Of a stretch of 64,000 nt of DNA, positions 24,465 through 38,200 are shown piece by piece (within the stretch, counting starts at the first letter, position 1; each line of letters begins with the position of its first letter). Under the pieces are notes generated by a model. The model was given only the letters and a program-made list of their open reading frames with translations. It was not told the DNA's origin and did no database searches. The position numbers and the translations under genes were made by a program. Source of the DNA: Macrostomum lignano (lineage: Eukaryota); NCBI GenBank assembly GCA_002269645.1, contig NIVC01003461.1, forward strand, positions 1-64,000. Reading direction: 5' to 3'.

Positions 24465-27400
24465 GTTGCCTAATTTTATTTTAAACTATAATGACGTAAA
24501 TACAGCAAAAATAATTGTTGTATAATATATAGAATACATACCATATTTTTTGCATTTTAAACCTTAATTTACCTGATTTTTTTGTGGCTTGTTTTTCGTT
24601 ATTTAAAACAATGTTAAATTTCTAAATGTGGAGTTAGCAACGCTTTTTAGAAAATAAAAGTAACATGGAATCACCTTACAAAAAGCTTGTGTCGATCAAA
24701 ATAAAAACGTATTTTGCTAGGCCTAACAAATACCTACTTAAACAATGCATTAATTTAAAACATAAAAAACTTGTATCTGAAATTTATATTTAATTGTAAA
24801 TGAATGCACACTGCACGTATCTTACGTTACTACGTAGCACAAGTGGGATTTACTTGCTTAGTGCACTTAATGCAAACTAAGTTGCATTTTCAGTAAAAAC
24901 AAAGTTGTCCCGCAGTTTTAATTTCAGACAGGGAGTAAAGTATATTATATATATTTATCTAAATATTTTTGCTTACACTTACAGGCTATGCCTATAATAT
25001 ATCAACAGTTGTGCGGTCACTGGTCAGATCGTTTTAGGGCCTATTCCATTTCGTCATATCGGATGACGAAGTGACCAGAAGCAAAGTAGCTTGAAAAATA
25101 ATATGACGAAGTGACCAAATATTTAGTTATGTTGGATACTGTTTTTTTTTCGCCAGAGACAAGGTGCTAAATCGCACCTTGTGCCAAATTTCAAGGTGCA
25201 ATTTTAAGGCTCAGAGTGCAACTTCTCTTGAGTCTTCAGACAACTGGAAATGTATATTTTAATATCTTACATAAGGCTATACTATAGCCATAGGCTAGGC
25301 CCTATATCGCCTATATGACTTAATAGGATTTAAAGAGTTATTTTGTTTCATATTTTAAGGCAGTGCCGCACCTACTTTTTTAATTTCAGGGTGCGATTTT
25401 AAAATTTAGGGTGCATACACACACTCTGCGCACAAAAAAACCCTGGTTGGATACTTCGTCATCAACCAATCATCTCTGTGGGAGTTAAGTTAGTGTAAAC
25501 AGTTTTTTTAAAATAATAATTATAAGCTGCGGCAAGCAGAACCGATCGATTGATATGTTTTATCAATTGAGATGACAAAATGAGTGGGATTGTAAGGATT
25601 CAAAGTAAATATGTTTGATTGCCACATTAATTCACTTGAAGTTGAAACTAATAATATGATTTATGGATGATGAAATGACTCTCTTCAGGTAGTGCATGCT
25701 AATTAAGATGGGTGCAGCCCATTTTGGCAATGGAATTTTTGGCGAAAGACGTTTTGGTGAAGATGAATTTTTCATCTACATAGATGCACATTTCGGTGAA
25801 AGAAATTAACTATCTTGGCAAAAAGATACTTATATATGTTGTGTACCTTTACAGCTACACAAATTTTGGCTTGCAACTGCTGAATGCAGGCGATAGAAAT
25901 GTTCAATATATAAATTAATTCCACTGGCAAAAACAATGAGGCCAATTCAAGATGCCTCAATGCCTTTGATATGTGTTTCACAACAGACAGCCAACATATT
26001 TCCTTGTCAACAACCTTCCATCCATTGCTTTCAAGCCACACCTTACCCGCTTTTGTAGCCTTGCACTGCTTTAAAAAATCCTGATGGCAATCAGCTTCCA
26101 TACTTTGAGTGTGAAAGATGGCTAGCCTATACCATTACTGTATGCAAGTGCATTACTATCTTCAGTCAGGTATTGAAATAAAGTACCTTTCACAATTTGA
26201 ATTTTGCTAGTAGCAAATTTTATGCCAAGGATACTAGCAGCACCACGGACACAGGCAGCAGATAGACAGTTCAATGCTGACAACAATATCTTTAGGAATG
26301 AAATCCAGCAATGGCCTATTGGGCAAAAATTTGTAATACAGATCCCCGATAAAAGCCTGGAAAAAATTAAAAACATAGCATAAGCATATAGTTCATGTTA
26401 TTCATGGACCATAGATGCTTAGTCTACAAGTAGAAGGTTAATAATAGGCTCTACTTTCAGCACAAAAATGAAAACAATAATGCCTTGAACAAGAATTTTC
26501 TGTTCTTCATGGACCCTAAATGTTTAAGGGTAGTAGTATAATAACTAAGTATTCTACCTTCAGCACAAAAATATAGACAATAATAAACGGAACATGAAGA
26601 AACAAGAATTTAGGTAGGAACAGGTACAAGAAATATAGGTACAAGTACAGGTACAGGTATAAGTACAAGAAATAGGTAGATATAACCCTACTAAACAATA
26701 CAGGTAGGACATAGGCAGGCTGCATACAGGAAGCAAGCAATCTTAATACAGTTGGCTCAATGTCAAAGTCAATGTCTTAATAGCCATAATTCACATTTCT
26801 AATAATAAGTCCATTTTGAAAAGATGATTTTCTCTTGAAAAAGCACCTATAGGAATGTGTAAAAATCTTCAATCTTTTTTATTAACTGATCTAGATTAAA
26901 TTTTGATTAGAAGAACAGGTATATAAATTTTGTTTGCCTGTTTAACTGGTTACAGCAAAATATTATTATGTAGTTGTTATATTAAGTGATCAAGCTGTGG
27001 CCCAGCCCAGGCTGCAGCTGGCCAGGCTAGGCCACAAAATACCAACATCCGTTGGAGAAGTGTAGTCGCCTAAATGCACCCTAACTTTGTGATACACGTA
27101 CAATGACAATGGATATATTTAACTTTATTTTAAATGTCTTGGCCCAAATGACTTTTAATTTTAGTAATCAATTTTAATTGCTCAATTTGTTCATTTTAAT
27201 TGTTTTTTATTTATAGATACCAATTTTTAAATTTGTTACAATTACTCTGCATATAATGCATAATTGCTTGCCTTTTGCCAATAATAAAAATAACCCTTTG
27301 CCAAAGTGGATCAATTTTAGATGAAATGGTCACTGCAAGTCTTTTTTGTCATTATTGACTTTCACCAAAAATTCCTTTGCCAAAGTAGGTTGAATCCATT

Positions 27401-28549
27401 AAGATGACAAAGTGTCGAAGTGACCATAGTTGAGGTGAGCACCCCAGACACCCAGATGATGAAATGGCAGATGATGAAATGACTGGGGTATTTCAACTGG
27501 GGTACTGGTCATTTTGGTGACAAGTTGTTTTGGTTTAGGTTCATATCCATTAAGATTTTCAAGGTAGGCCTTAATTTTCTATTAAAAAATGGCTATATCA
27601 CCAAAATGTATTTTTCTTGTCACTGAAATGACTTTTGTTTGTCACCGAAACATCTTGTCACCAAAATGACTGTAGGCCTAATAGACTAATATATTCTAAT
27701 AGTCTAATAGACTAGGCCATTGGGAGGAATAACTCAAGAGGCTAGGACTAGGCCATTGGGAGGAATAACTCTACTCAAGAGGTTCCTGGACACTTCATCA
27801 TCTTACCAGTTTGTCATCTGTAAGGCACCCTCGCTCTAGCAGTATTTCCTATAAAATAAAAATAATATCAATCCTAATGTTGTGTCACAGGCCACTAAGC
27901 TACATTGGGTGGTACTCTACAAACTCACAGCAAATGCCCTGCAAGATGTTTTGCTAGTTAACAATTGTCTTTTTGGATTCTTGTGGACTGTGCAATTTTT
28001 CAATTTGTAGAAATAATGTTGGTGCAGCTGGTTTTCCAGCCATTGTTTTCCAAAGTAACAAATTCAAGTTGTATTTGCAGCTTGTCAACTAGAGACTCAA
28101 TACCCAAGGGGAAACTGTTATCATATTTGACAGACTTTTACCTAGTCCTACAAACATATTTTGTTTTTCTACCATGTCATTAGCTTGTCATGATAAAAGT
28201 TGACACAACTTGGCAACAAAATCAAATCAATTTTTTTTGCAAAGTTATCGTAAGTTAGTTTTCACCCACCTTTTTTATTTTATGTAGATACTTTTGTGCC
28301 TAATGTGTTAAGAGTTGAGTCTAGACAAGATCAATAATTTTTTGATTAGAATATCATTCTATCTCTAGTCATAAGACTATAAATTAAAAAAGCAAATTGA
28401 AATTTTGTCACCTCGTTTCCTAGTAAAATCTGTTGAATGTCTGCTGAAGATAAAACTATTCAGGATTAGGCCTCTTGTACTTGTTAAAAAAAAGAGTTTA
28501 AATTTAAATGACCCACTGATTTTAATGATTTTTTTGCCCTCTTTATGCC

Positions 28550-29260
28550 ATGGAGACCGACACAGCCCCAGCAGCAGCAGCAGCCCCAGCCCCAGCTCCA
28601 GCAGCTGGCGGCGGTCTGAAGCGTAAGCGACAGCAGCAGCAGCAGGCAGATGCCGCGGCCGCCGATATTGAAATGCTGCCGCCATTGGCTAAGCGGTCTC
28701 GCCCGTTTGTTGAGAAGCGCAGCATTGTGATCCCGCCTAATCGGCGAACTCCTCTGCGTCAGCAATGGCCGGAGCTGTGCCGCATACTGGTTGAGCAGCT
28801 CAACCTGCAGTGCCGCTGCATCACACGCCGTCCAGTCTGGGCTGTTGAGCTGCGCAATTCGCCCCTGACCAAAGACGACGGCCACCTGCAGAAAGGCGCC
28901 GATTTGGTTGACGCTTTCGTTAAAGGCTTCCAGATTGGCGACGCGCTGGCGCTAGTCAGGCTGGACGATCTCTACATCGACACGTTCACCGTGGCGGACG
29001 TGAAGCCCTCGCTGAAAGGCGATCACGTGTCCCGCGCAATCGGCCGGGTGGCTGGCAAGAGTGGCCGGACAAAATTCATGATAGAGAATGCCACCAAGAC
29101 TCGCATAGTGGTGGCCGATCACACTATTCACATACTGGGCGCCTACGACAATGTTCAAGCGGCCAAGCGTACAGTGTGCGACCTCATTCTGGGCAGTCCG
29201 CCTAGCAAAGTGTATGGCAATATGCACGCCAGGGCTAGTAAAGCTGCCGCGAAATGGTAG
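28550..29260 (+). CDS. PNO1: RNA-binding protein PNO1 (Dim2), KH-domain 40S biogenesis factor; intronless
   Basis: Intact 236-aa ORF with IPPNRRTPLRQQW, DALALVRLDDLY, GDHVSRAIGRVAGKSGRTKFMIEN and LILGSPPSKVYG. AATAAA at 29340-29345. Confidence 0.97.
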   Translation: METDTAPAAAAAPAPAPAAGGGLKRKRQQQQQADAAAADIEMLPPLAKRSRPFVEKRSIVIPPNRRTPLRQQWPELCRILVEQLNLQCRCITRRPVWAVELRNSPLTKDDGHLQKGADLVDAFVKGFQIGDALALVRLDDLYIDTFTVADVKPSLKGDHVSRAIGRVAGKSGRTKFMIENATKTRIVVADHTIHILGAYDNVQAAKRTVCDLILGSPPSKVYGNMHARASKAAAKW

Positions 29261-29466
29261 CTTTGAATTTTGTAACTCTCAATGTACTTTAGTAACCTGA
29301 TGACTGTGTTAGACTGTCAGCGGCGTTGTACGCGAATTCAATAAATCATACTGGATCAGTTTTATTGGAATTTTTGTTCTCCTGTGTGTGCTTAATTTAA
29401 ATATTACTTTTCTGTATATCGTAGATTTTCCAATCTAAATAGCATCTTCATTTTAGACTCATAGGT

Positions 29467-32400
29467 TCAAACTGGCACCCTGATTGCGGATCCCCCTAAA
29501 CTCAAACCGGCATCCTGATTGCGGATCCCCCTAAACTGAAACTAGCATCCTGATTGCGGATCCCCCTAAACTGAAACTAGCATCCTGATTGCGGATCCCC
29601 CTAAACTGAAACTAGCATCCTGATTGCGGATCTCCCTAAACTGAAACTAGCATCCTGATTGCGGATCCCCCTAAACTGAAACTGGCATCCTGATTGCGGA
29701 TCCCCTAAACTGAAACTGGCATCCTGATTGCGGATCCCCCTAAACTGAAACTGGCATCCTGATTGCGGATCCCCCTAAACTGAAACTGGCATCCTGATTG
29801 CGGATCCCCTAAACTGAAACTGGCATCCTGATTGCGGATCCCCCTAAAATCAAACTAGCATCCTGATTGCGGATCCCCCTAAACTGAAACTAGCATCCTG
29901 ATTGCGGATCTCCCTAAACTCAAAATGGCATCCTGATTGCGGATCCCCCTAAACTCAAAATGGCATCCTGATTGCGGATCCCCCTAAACTGAAACTGGCA
30001 TCCTGATTGCGGATCCCCCTAAACTGAAACTGGCATCCTGATTGCGGATCCCCTAAATCAAACTAGCATCCTGATTGCGGATCCCCCTAAACTCAAAATG
30101 GCATCCTGATTGCGGATCCCCCTAAACTGAAACTAGCATCCTGATTGCGGATCCCCCTAAACTCAAAATGGCATCCTGATTGCGGATCCTCCTAATCTCA
30201 AAATGGCATCCTGATTGCGGATCCCCCTAAACTCAAAATGGCATCCTGATTGCGGATCCCCCTAAACTCAAACTAGCATCCTGATTGCGGATCTCCCTAA
30301 ACTCAAAATCGCATCCTGATTGCGGATCCCCCTAAACTCAAACTGGCATCCAGATTGCGGATCCCCCTAAACTCAAAATGGCATCCTGATTGCGGATTTT
30401 CCTTAACTCAAAATGAAATCCTGATTGTGGATCCCTCTCAACTCAAAATGACATCCTGATTGCGGATCCCCTAAACTCAAAATGGCATCCTGATTGCGGA
30501 TCCCTCTAAACTCAAAATGACATCCTGATTGCGGATCCCTCTAAACTCAAAATGACATCCTGATTGCGGATCCCTCTAAACTCAAAATGACATCCTGATT
30601 GCGATCCCTCTAAACTCAAACTGGCATCCTGATTGCGGATCCCTCTCAACTCAAAATGGCATCCTGATTGCGGATCCCTCTAAACTCAAACTGGCACCCT
30701 GATTGCGGATCCCTCTCAACTCAAAATGACATCCTGATTGCGGATCCCCCTAAACTCAAAATCGCATCCTGATTGCGGATCCCCCTAAACTCAAAATCGC
30801 ATCCTGATTGCGGGTCCCCTAAACTCAAAATCGCATCCTGATTGCGGACCCCCTAAACTAAAAATCGCATCCTGATTGCGGATCCCCCTAACTCAAAATG
30901 GTATCCTGATTGCGGATCCCCCTAAACTCAAACTGGCATCCAGATTGCGGATCCCCTAAACTCAAAATGGCATCCTGATTGCGGATTTTCCTTAACTCAA
31001 AATGAAATCCTGATTGCGGATCCCCCTAAACTCAAACTGGCATCCTGATTGCGGATCCCCCTAAACTGAAACTAGCATCCTGATTGCGGATCCCCCTAAA
31101 CTCAAACTAGCATCCTGATTGCGGATCTCCCTAAACTCAAAATGGCATCCTGATTGCGGATCCCTCTAAACTCAAAATGGCATCCTGATTGCGGATCCCC
31201 TAAACTCAAAATGGCATCCTGATTGCGGATCCCCCTAAACTCAAACTAGCATCCTGATTGCGGATCCCCCTAAACTGAAACTGGCATCCTGATTGCGGAT
31301 CCCCCTAAACTGAAACTGGCATCCTGATTGCGGATCCCCCTAAAATCAAACTAGCATCCTGATTGCGGATCCCTCTAAACTGAAACTAGCATCCTGATTG
31401 CGGATCCCCCTAAACTCAAACTAGCATCCTGATTGCGGATCCCCCTAAACTGAAACTGGCATCCTGATTGCGGATCCCCCTAAACTGAAACTGGCATCCT
31501 GATTGCGGATCCCCCTAAACTGAAACTGGCATCCTGATTGCGGATCCCCCTAAACTGAAACTGGCATCCTGATTGCGGATCCCCCTAAAATCAAACTAGC
31601 ATCCTGATTGCGGATCCCCCTAAACTGAAACTAGCATCCTGATTGCGGATCCCCTAAACTCAAACTAGCATCCTGATTGCGGATCCCCCTAAACTCAAAA
31701 TCGCATCCTGATTGCGGATCCCTCTAAACTCAAAATGGCATCCTGATTGCGGATCCCCTAAACTCAAAATCGCATCCTGATTGCGGATCCCTCTAAACTC
31801 AAAATCGCATCCTGATTGCGGATCCCTCTAAACTCAAAATGGCATCCTGATTGCGGATCTCCCTAAACTCAAAATCGCATCCTGATTGCGGATCCCCTAA
31901 ACTCAAAATCGCATCCTGATTGCGGGTCCCCTAAACTCAAAATCGCATCCTGATTGCGGACCCCCCTAAACTAAAAATCGCATCCTGATTGCGGATCCCC
32001 CCTAACTCAAAATGGTATCCTGATTGCGGACCCCCCTAAACTAAAAATCGCATCCTGATTGCGGGTCCCCCTAAACTCAAAATGGTATCCTGATTGCGGA
32101 TCCCCCTAAACTCAAACTGGCATCCAGATTGCGGATCCCCCTAAACTCAAAATGGCATCCTGATTGCGGATCCCTCTAAACTCAAAATGGCATCCTGATT
32201 GCGGATTTTCTTTAACTCAAAATGAAATCCTGATTGCGGATCCCCCTAAACTCAAACTGGCATCCTGATTGCGGATCCCCTAAACTGAAACTAGCATCCT
32301 GATTGCGGATCCCCCTAAACTCAAAATGGCATCCTGATTGCGGATCCCCCTAAACTCAAAATGACATCCTGATTGCGGATCCCCCTAAACTCAAAATGAC

Positions 32401-32514
32401 ATCCTGATTGCGGATCCCCCTAAACTCAAAATGGCATCCTGATTGCGGATTTTCCTTAACTCAAAATCGCATCCTGATTGCGGATTTTCCTTAACTCAAA
32501 ATCGCATCCTGATT
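29467..32514. repeat. 35-bp tandem array GCATCCTGATTGCGGATCCCCCTAAACT(G/C)AAA(CTA/ATG), about 87 copies
   Basis: Directly visible; period 35; GGATCC in most units. Confidence 0.97.
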
Positions 32515-32968
32515 CTATACATTTGAATTGATATTCTGTGCTCTAGAGCCAACTGAACTCGAATTTAAGATAGGTATATGAAATGAATTAATCTACTCTG
32601 AGTTTTCCGTCTGTTTCTAATTTAGTTAATGAACTGATAAACGTAGTCCAACAAGCTCTATTTATGGATTTCTTTGTTCATTGAGGCCAGTCTATAAGGA
32701 TAAGAGTGTTGATAAGGCATATCAAATTTTTGTAGTTATTGAACTCGCATCTGGACTAACAACTCTTATCGGAACCCTCGATTTCATACACGACGATAAA
32801 CCTCTGTTTGGCCAAACTTTATCAACTGTATCTCAGTTGACAATCATGGGTTATACTTTCAGTTAATTGAAAATTCACAAGATCGGCGATGTTTCTAAGC
32901 TTAAATCATCCAAATTTTCAAGCTTATGAGCTAGCGAAATTGACTAGCAGGACTTTTAAGACAATGTG

Positions 32969-35053
32969 AAGCTTCGGGATTAGGTAGTTTTGAGATTAGG
33001 AAGCTTTGGGATTAGGAAGCTTCGAGATTAGGAAGTTTTGAGATTAGGAAGCTTCGAGATTAGGAAGCTTCGAGATTAAGGAAGCTTTGAGATTAGGAAG
33101 CTTTGGGATTAGGAAGCTTCGAGATTAGGAAGTTTTGAGATTAGGAAGTTTTGAGATTAGGAAGCTTCGAGATTAGGAAGTTTTGAGATTAGGAAGCTTT
33201 GGGATTAGGAAGCTTCGAGATTAGGAAGTTTTGAGATTAGGAAGTTTTGAGATTAGGAAGTTTTGAGATTAGGAAGCTTCGAGATTAGGAAGTTTTGAGA
33301 TTAGGAAGCTTCGAGATTAGGAAGCTTCGAGATTAAGGAAGCTTTGAGATTAGGAAGTTTTGAGATTAGGAAGTTTTGAGATTAGGAAGCTTCGAGATTA
33401 GGAAGTTTTGAGATTAGGAAGCTTCGAGATTAGGAAGCTTCGAGATTAAGGAAGCTTTGAGATTAGGAAGCTTTGGGATTAGGAAGCTTGGAGATTAGGA
33501 AGCTTCGGGATTAAAAAGCTTTGAGATTAGGAAGCTTCGGGATTAAAAAGCTTTGAGATTAGGAAGCTTCGGGATTAGGAAGCTTTGGGATTAGGAAGCT
33601 TTGGGATTAGGAAGCTTCGGGATTAGGAAGCTTTGGGATTAGGAAGCTTTGGGATTAGGAAGCTTTGGGATTAAAAAGCTATGAGATTAGGAAGCTTCGG
33701 GATTAGGAAGCTTTGGGATTAGGAAGCTTTGGGATTAGGAAGCTTCGGGATTAGGAAGCTTTGGGATTAGGAAGCTTTGGGATTAGGAAGCTTCGGGATT
33801 AGGAAGCTTCGGGATTAGGAAGCTTCGGGATTTGGAAGCTTCGAGATTAGGAAGCTTCGGGATTAGGAAGCTTTGGGATTAGGAAGCTTTGGGATTATGA
33901 AGCTTTGGGATTAGGAAGCTTCGAGATTAGGAAGCTTCGGGATTAGGAAGCTTTGGGATTAGGAAGCTTTGGGATTAGGAAGCTTTGGGATTAGGAAGCT
34001 TTGGGATTAGGAAGCTTTGGGATTAGGAAGCTTTGGGATTAGGAAGCTTCGAGATTAGGAAGCTTTGGGATTAGGAAGCTTCGGGATTAGGAAGCTTTGG
34101 GGTTAGGAAGCTTTGGGATTAGGAAGCTTCGAGATTAGGAAGCTTCGGGATTAGGAAGCTTTGGGATTAGGAAGCTTTGGGATAAAGAAGCTTCGGGATT
34201 AGAAAGCTTCGGGATTAGCAATCTTCGAGATTAGGAAGCTTTGGGATTAGGAAGCTTTGGGATTAGGAAGCTTTGGGGTTAGGAAGCTTTGGGATTAGGA
34301 AGCTTTGGGATTAGGAAGCTTTGGGATTAGGAAGCTTCGAGATTAGGAAGCTTCGGGATTAGGAAGCTTTGGGATTAGGAAGCTTCGGGATTAGGAAGCT
34401 TTGGGGTTAGGAAGCTTTGGGATTAGGAAGCTTTGGGATTAGGAAGCTTTGGGATTAGGAAGCTTTGGGGTTAGGAAGCTTCGAGATTAGGAAGCTTCGG
34501 GATTAGGAAGCTTTGGGATTAGGAAGCTTCGGGATTAGGAAGCTTTGGGGTTAGGAAGCTTTGGGATTAGGAAGCTTCGAGATTAGGAAGCTTCGGGATT
34601 AGGAAGCTTTGGGATTAGGAAGCTTTGGGATTAGGAAGCTTTGGGATTAGGAAGCTTTGGGATAAAGAAGCTTCGGGATTAGAAAGCTTCGGGATTAGGA
34701 AGCTTCGGGATTAGGAAGCTTTGGGATTAGGAAGCTTTGGGATTAGGAAGCTTCGAGATTAGGAAGCTTCGGGACTAGGAAGCTTTGGGATTAGGAAGCT
34801 TCGGGATTAGGAAGCTTTGGGGTTAGGAAGCTTTGGGATTAGGAAGCTTTGGGATTAGGAAGCTTTGGGATTAGGAAGCTTTGGGATAAAGAAGCTTCGG
34901 GATTAGAAAGCTTCGGGATTAGCAATCTTCGAGATTAGAAGCTTCGGGATTAGCAATCTTCGAGATTAGAAGCTTCGGGATTAGCAATCTTCGAGATTAG
35001 AAGCTTCGGGATTAGCAATCTTCGAGATTAGAAGCTTCGGGATTAGCAATCTT
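32969..35053. repeat. 16-bp tandem array GATTAGGAAGCTT(C/T)G(A/G), about 130 copies
   Basis: Directly visible; the right end shifts to a GATTAGCAATCTTCGA/GATTAGAAGCTTCGG dimer. Confidence 0.97.
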
Positions 35054-35114
35054 GGAATAGATTGGAAACTTTGTGAGAAGATTAGAAGATTTGTGACAGA
35101 GTTTAGTTCACAGA

Positions 35115-35120
35115 TATAAA
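35115..35120 (+). promoter_or_regulatory. TATA-like box upstream of the SLC15A4-like gene
   Basis: TATAAA about 90 nt before the ATG at 35205; motif only. Confidence 0.35.
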
Positions 35121-35204
35121 TAAGTGCACAGCCGAGAACAGAGGCCTCGCCCGAACCCGAACTGCAGCCGGCCCCCATAGCCGGAGACTGTGCCAAGTGC
35201 AAGC

Positions 35205-38200
35205 ATGCTCTACCGGCCGTCGACTTCGTCGATCGGCGGCGCCAACGCCAACGCATCGTCGGCTGACGAAGCCACCCCGCTGCTCATCTCCGGCCAGTCT
35301 GGCGGCGCCGACGCTATCCGCCGTCAGCGCCTTCTCGCCCGTCGACGCAGTCGGGCAGCCAGCCTGACGATACTGCTAGTTGAACTGCTGGAACGCCTGG
35401 CATTCTACGGCGCCACGGCTAATCTGGTGCTGACCCTCGGCCAGTGGCCGTTCCTCTGGGTCAGCTACGTTGCCGCCTCCGCCTCGCTGTTTATGTCCGG
35501 CCTGGCCTACGGCTTGTCGCTGTTCTTCGGCTGGCTTAGCGACACCTGGCTAGGCGCGTTCAACACCTGCGCTTTGGGATTTCTTATCTATCTGATTGGA
35601 TTGTGCGGCCTGCCCGTGTTGCTATTGTTGGAGAGATATGGGCATACCAGTGCATTGTGCGGCCATTTGAATTCTGGCATTGTTAATGCTAGCATAGTCA
35701 GGACTGCTAGCTTTCCCAGGTGAGAGGCTGTGGGCTTGTTGTGCATGTTTGTATTGGCACGGCTTTTTAATAGGTTTTATGCTTATGGGATTTTTCTCCC
35801 CAATTTTACCTGGGGAATTATTCTCCTTTTGAGTTTTTATCAGGGGATTTTTCTCCCCAAATTTACCTGGGGAATTATTCTCCTTTTTGATTTTTTATCA
35901 GGGGGGATTTTTCTCCCCAATTTTACCTGGGGAATTATTCTCTTTTTGAGTTTTTACCGGGGGATTATTCTCCCCGATTTTACACGGGAATTATTTTCCC
36001 CGATTTTAACTAGGAAATTACTCTCCCTTATCTTACCTGGGGCAATTATTATTTCCTATTTTACCGAGGGAATTATGTTCCCCGTTTTTTTTTGGGGGAT
36101 TATTCTCCCCTTTTGCCTGGGAAATTATTCTCACAGAATTTTGTTTGGAGAATTATCTTTTCCTATTTTACCTGAGGAATTATTCTTTCCTATTTTACCT
36201 GGGAATTATTCTTTCCTATTTTACCTGGGGAATTATTCTTTCCTATTTTACCTGGGAATTATCTTTTCCTATTTTACCTGAGGAATTATTCTTTCCTATT
36301 TTACCTGGGGAATTATTCTTTCCTATTTTACCTGAGGAATTATTCTTTCCTATTTTACCTGGGGAATTATTCTTTCCTATTTTACCTGAGGAATTATTCT
36401 TTCCTATTTTACCTGGGGAATTATTCTTTCCTATTTTACCTGGGGAATTATTCTTTCCTATTTTACCTGGGGAATTATTCTTTCCTATTTTACCTGGGGA
36501 ATTATCTTTTCCTATTTTACCTGAGGAATTATTCTTTCCTATTTTACCTGGGGAATTATTCTTTCCTATTTTACCTGGGGAATTATTCTTTCCTATTTTA
36601 CCTGAGGAATTATTCTTTCCTATTTTACCTGGGGAATTATTCTTTCGTATTTTACCTGAGGAATTATTCTTTCCTATTTTACCTGAGGAATTATTCTTTC
36701 CTATTTTACCTGGGGAATTATTCTTTCGTATTTTACCTGGGGAATTATTCTTTCGTATTTTACCTGGGGAATTATTCTTTCCTATTTTACCTGGGGAATT
36801 ATCTTTTCGTATTTTACCTGAGGAATTATTCTTTCCTATTTTACCTGGGGAATTATTCTTTCCTATTTTACCTGGGGAATTATTCTTTCCTATTTTACCT
36901 GAGGAATTATTCTTTCCTATTTTACCTGGGGAATTATTCTTTCCTATTTTACCTGGGGAATTATTCTTTCGTATTTTACCTGGGGAATTATTCTTTCGTA
37001 TTTTACCTGGGGAATTATTCTTTCCTATTTTACCTGGGAATTATTCTTTCCTATTTTACCTTGGAAATTATTCTTTCCTATTTTACCTGGGGAATTATTC
37101 TTTCCTATTTTACCTGGGAAATTATTCTTTCCTATTTTACCTTGGAAATTATTCTTTCCTATTTTACCTGGGGAATTATTCTTTCCTATTTTACCTGGGA
37201 AATTATTCTTTCCTATTTTACCTGGGGATTTAAGTTCCCCGATTTTACTTGGGGAATTATTCTCCCGATTTTATTTAGGTAATTATTCTCCCTGATTTTA
37301 CCTGGGGAATTAATTCTCCTACCCTATTTCATGCCTGGAAGTTTCTTATTAAAAATTTAGTCCCGGGAAATTGTTTAATCAAATTTCTGTTCCGCATCAA
37401 CAACTCGGCAACATTTGCAGCAAGCTCATCCAGGACGAGAATTCCACAGGCGGCAACATGTTCGAGCAGAACTGCTCCCCGATCGTGATCGCCAGCCTCT
37501 GCTGCCTCGCCATCGGCAGCGGCGCCCTCAAAGCCAATTTATCCCCGCTGGGCGCTCAACAAATCAAAGACCCTGTTGAGCAGAGCCGCTTCTTCAACTG
37601 GTTCTACTGGGCCTGCAATGTTGGCTCGTTTGCCGCTTATTTCTTTTTAACCTACACTCAGCAGAATCTTGGCAAAGATGGCCGACTAGCCGGTTACCTG
37701 GTGCCGCGGTTGCCATGACGATAGCGTCATTAGCCTTTGTAGCCTGCCGGCCAATGTTTAGACTGCGCAAGCCGGCTGGCAGCCTGCTGACTAGGGTGGT
37801 GCGCCTGCTGGCTGCGGCCGTGTCAGCCAGCTTCCGGTTGCGCAGGCAGCGGAAGCGGAGGCTGCTGGCTGATGGCGAATCCGACTCGAATAATAGCGGC
37901 AGCGGTTCGGGCGATTCTGCGCCAATGCGATTGCATGCGGCGCGTACGACGACTGGCTGGATTGCGCTCGTCACGGCGGCCGCTTCACGAGGGCGAGGTG
38001 CACGACGTTCGGGCGCTGCTTAGAGTTGTACTCATCTTTGTCAGCATTATACCCTATTGGCTGCTGTATTTTCAAATGCAGAGTACCTATCTGGTGCAGG
38101 TAACATTTATTATGCGTCTGTTATTGCTGTCTGGTGTTAAAATGTGATGGGATATGTAGTTGCGGTTTTATGTAGTGACTTTTGATGGTTTGAGAGTGAC

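Noticed and set aside
25772-26376. Two short minus-strand ORFs
   Set aside because: No recognisable motif or splice structure.
35730-37282. 362-aa GELFFPILP repeat ORF and neighbours
   Set aside because: Lies within SLC15A4 intron 1; a 27-bp unit without stops.
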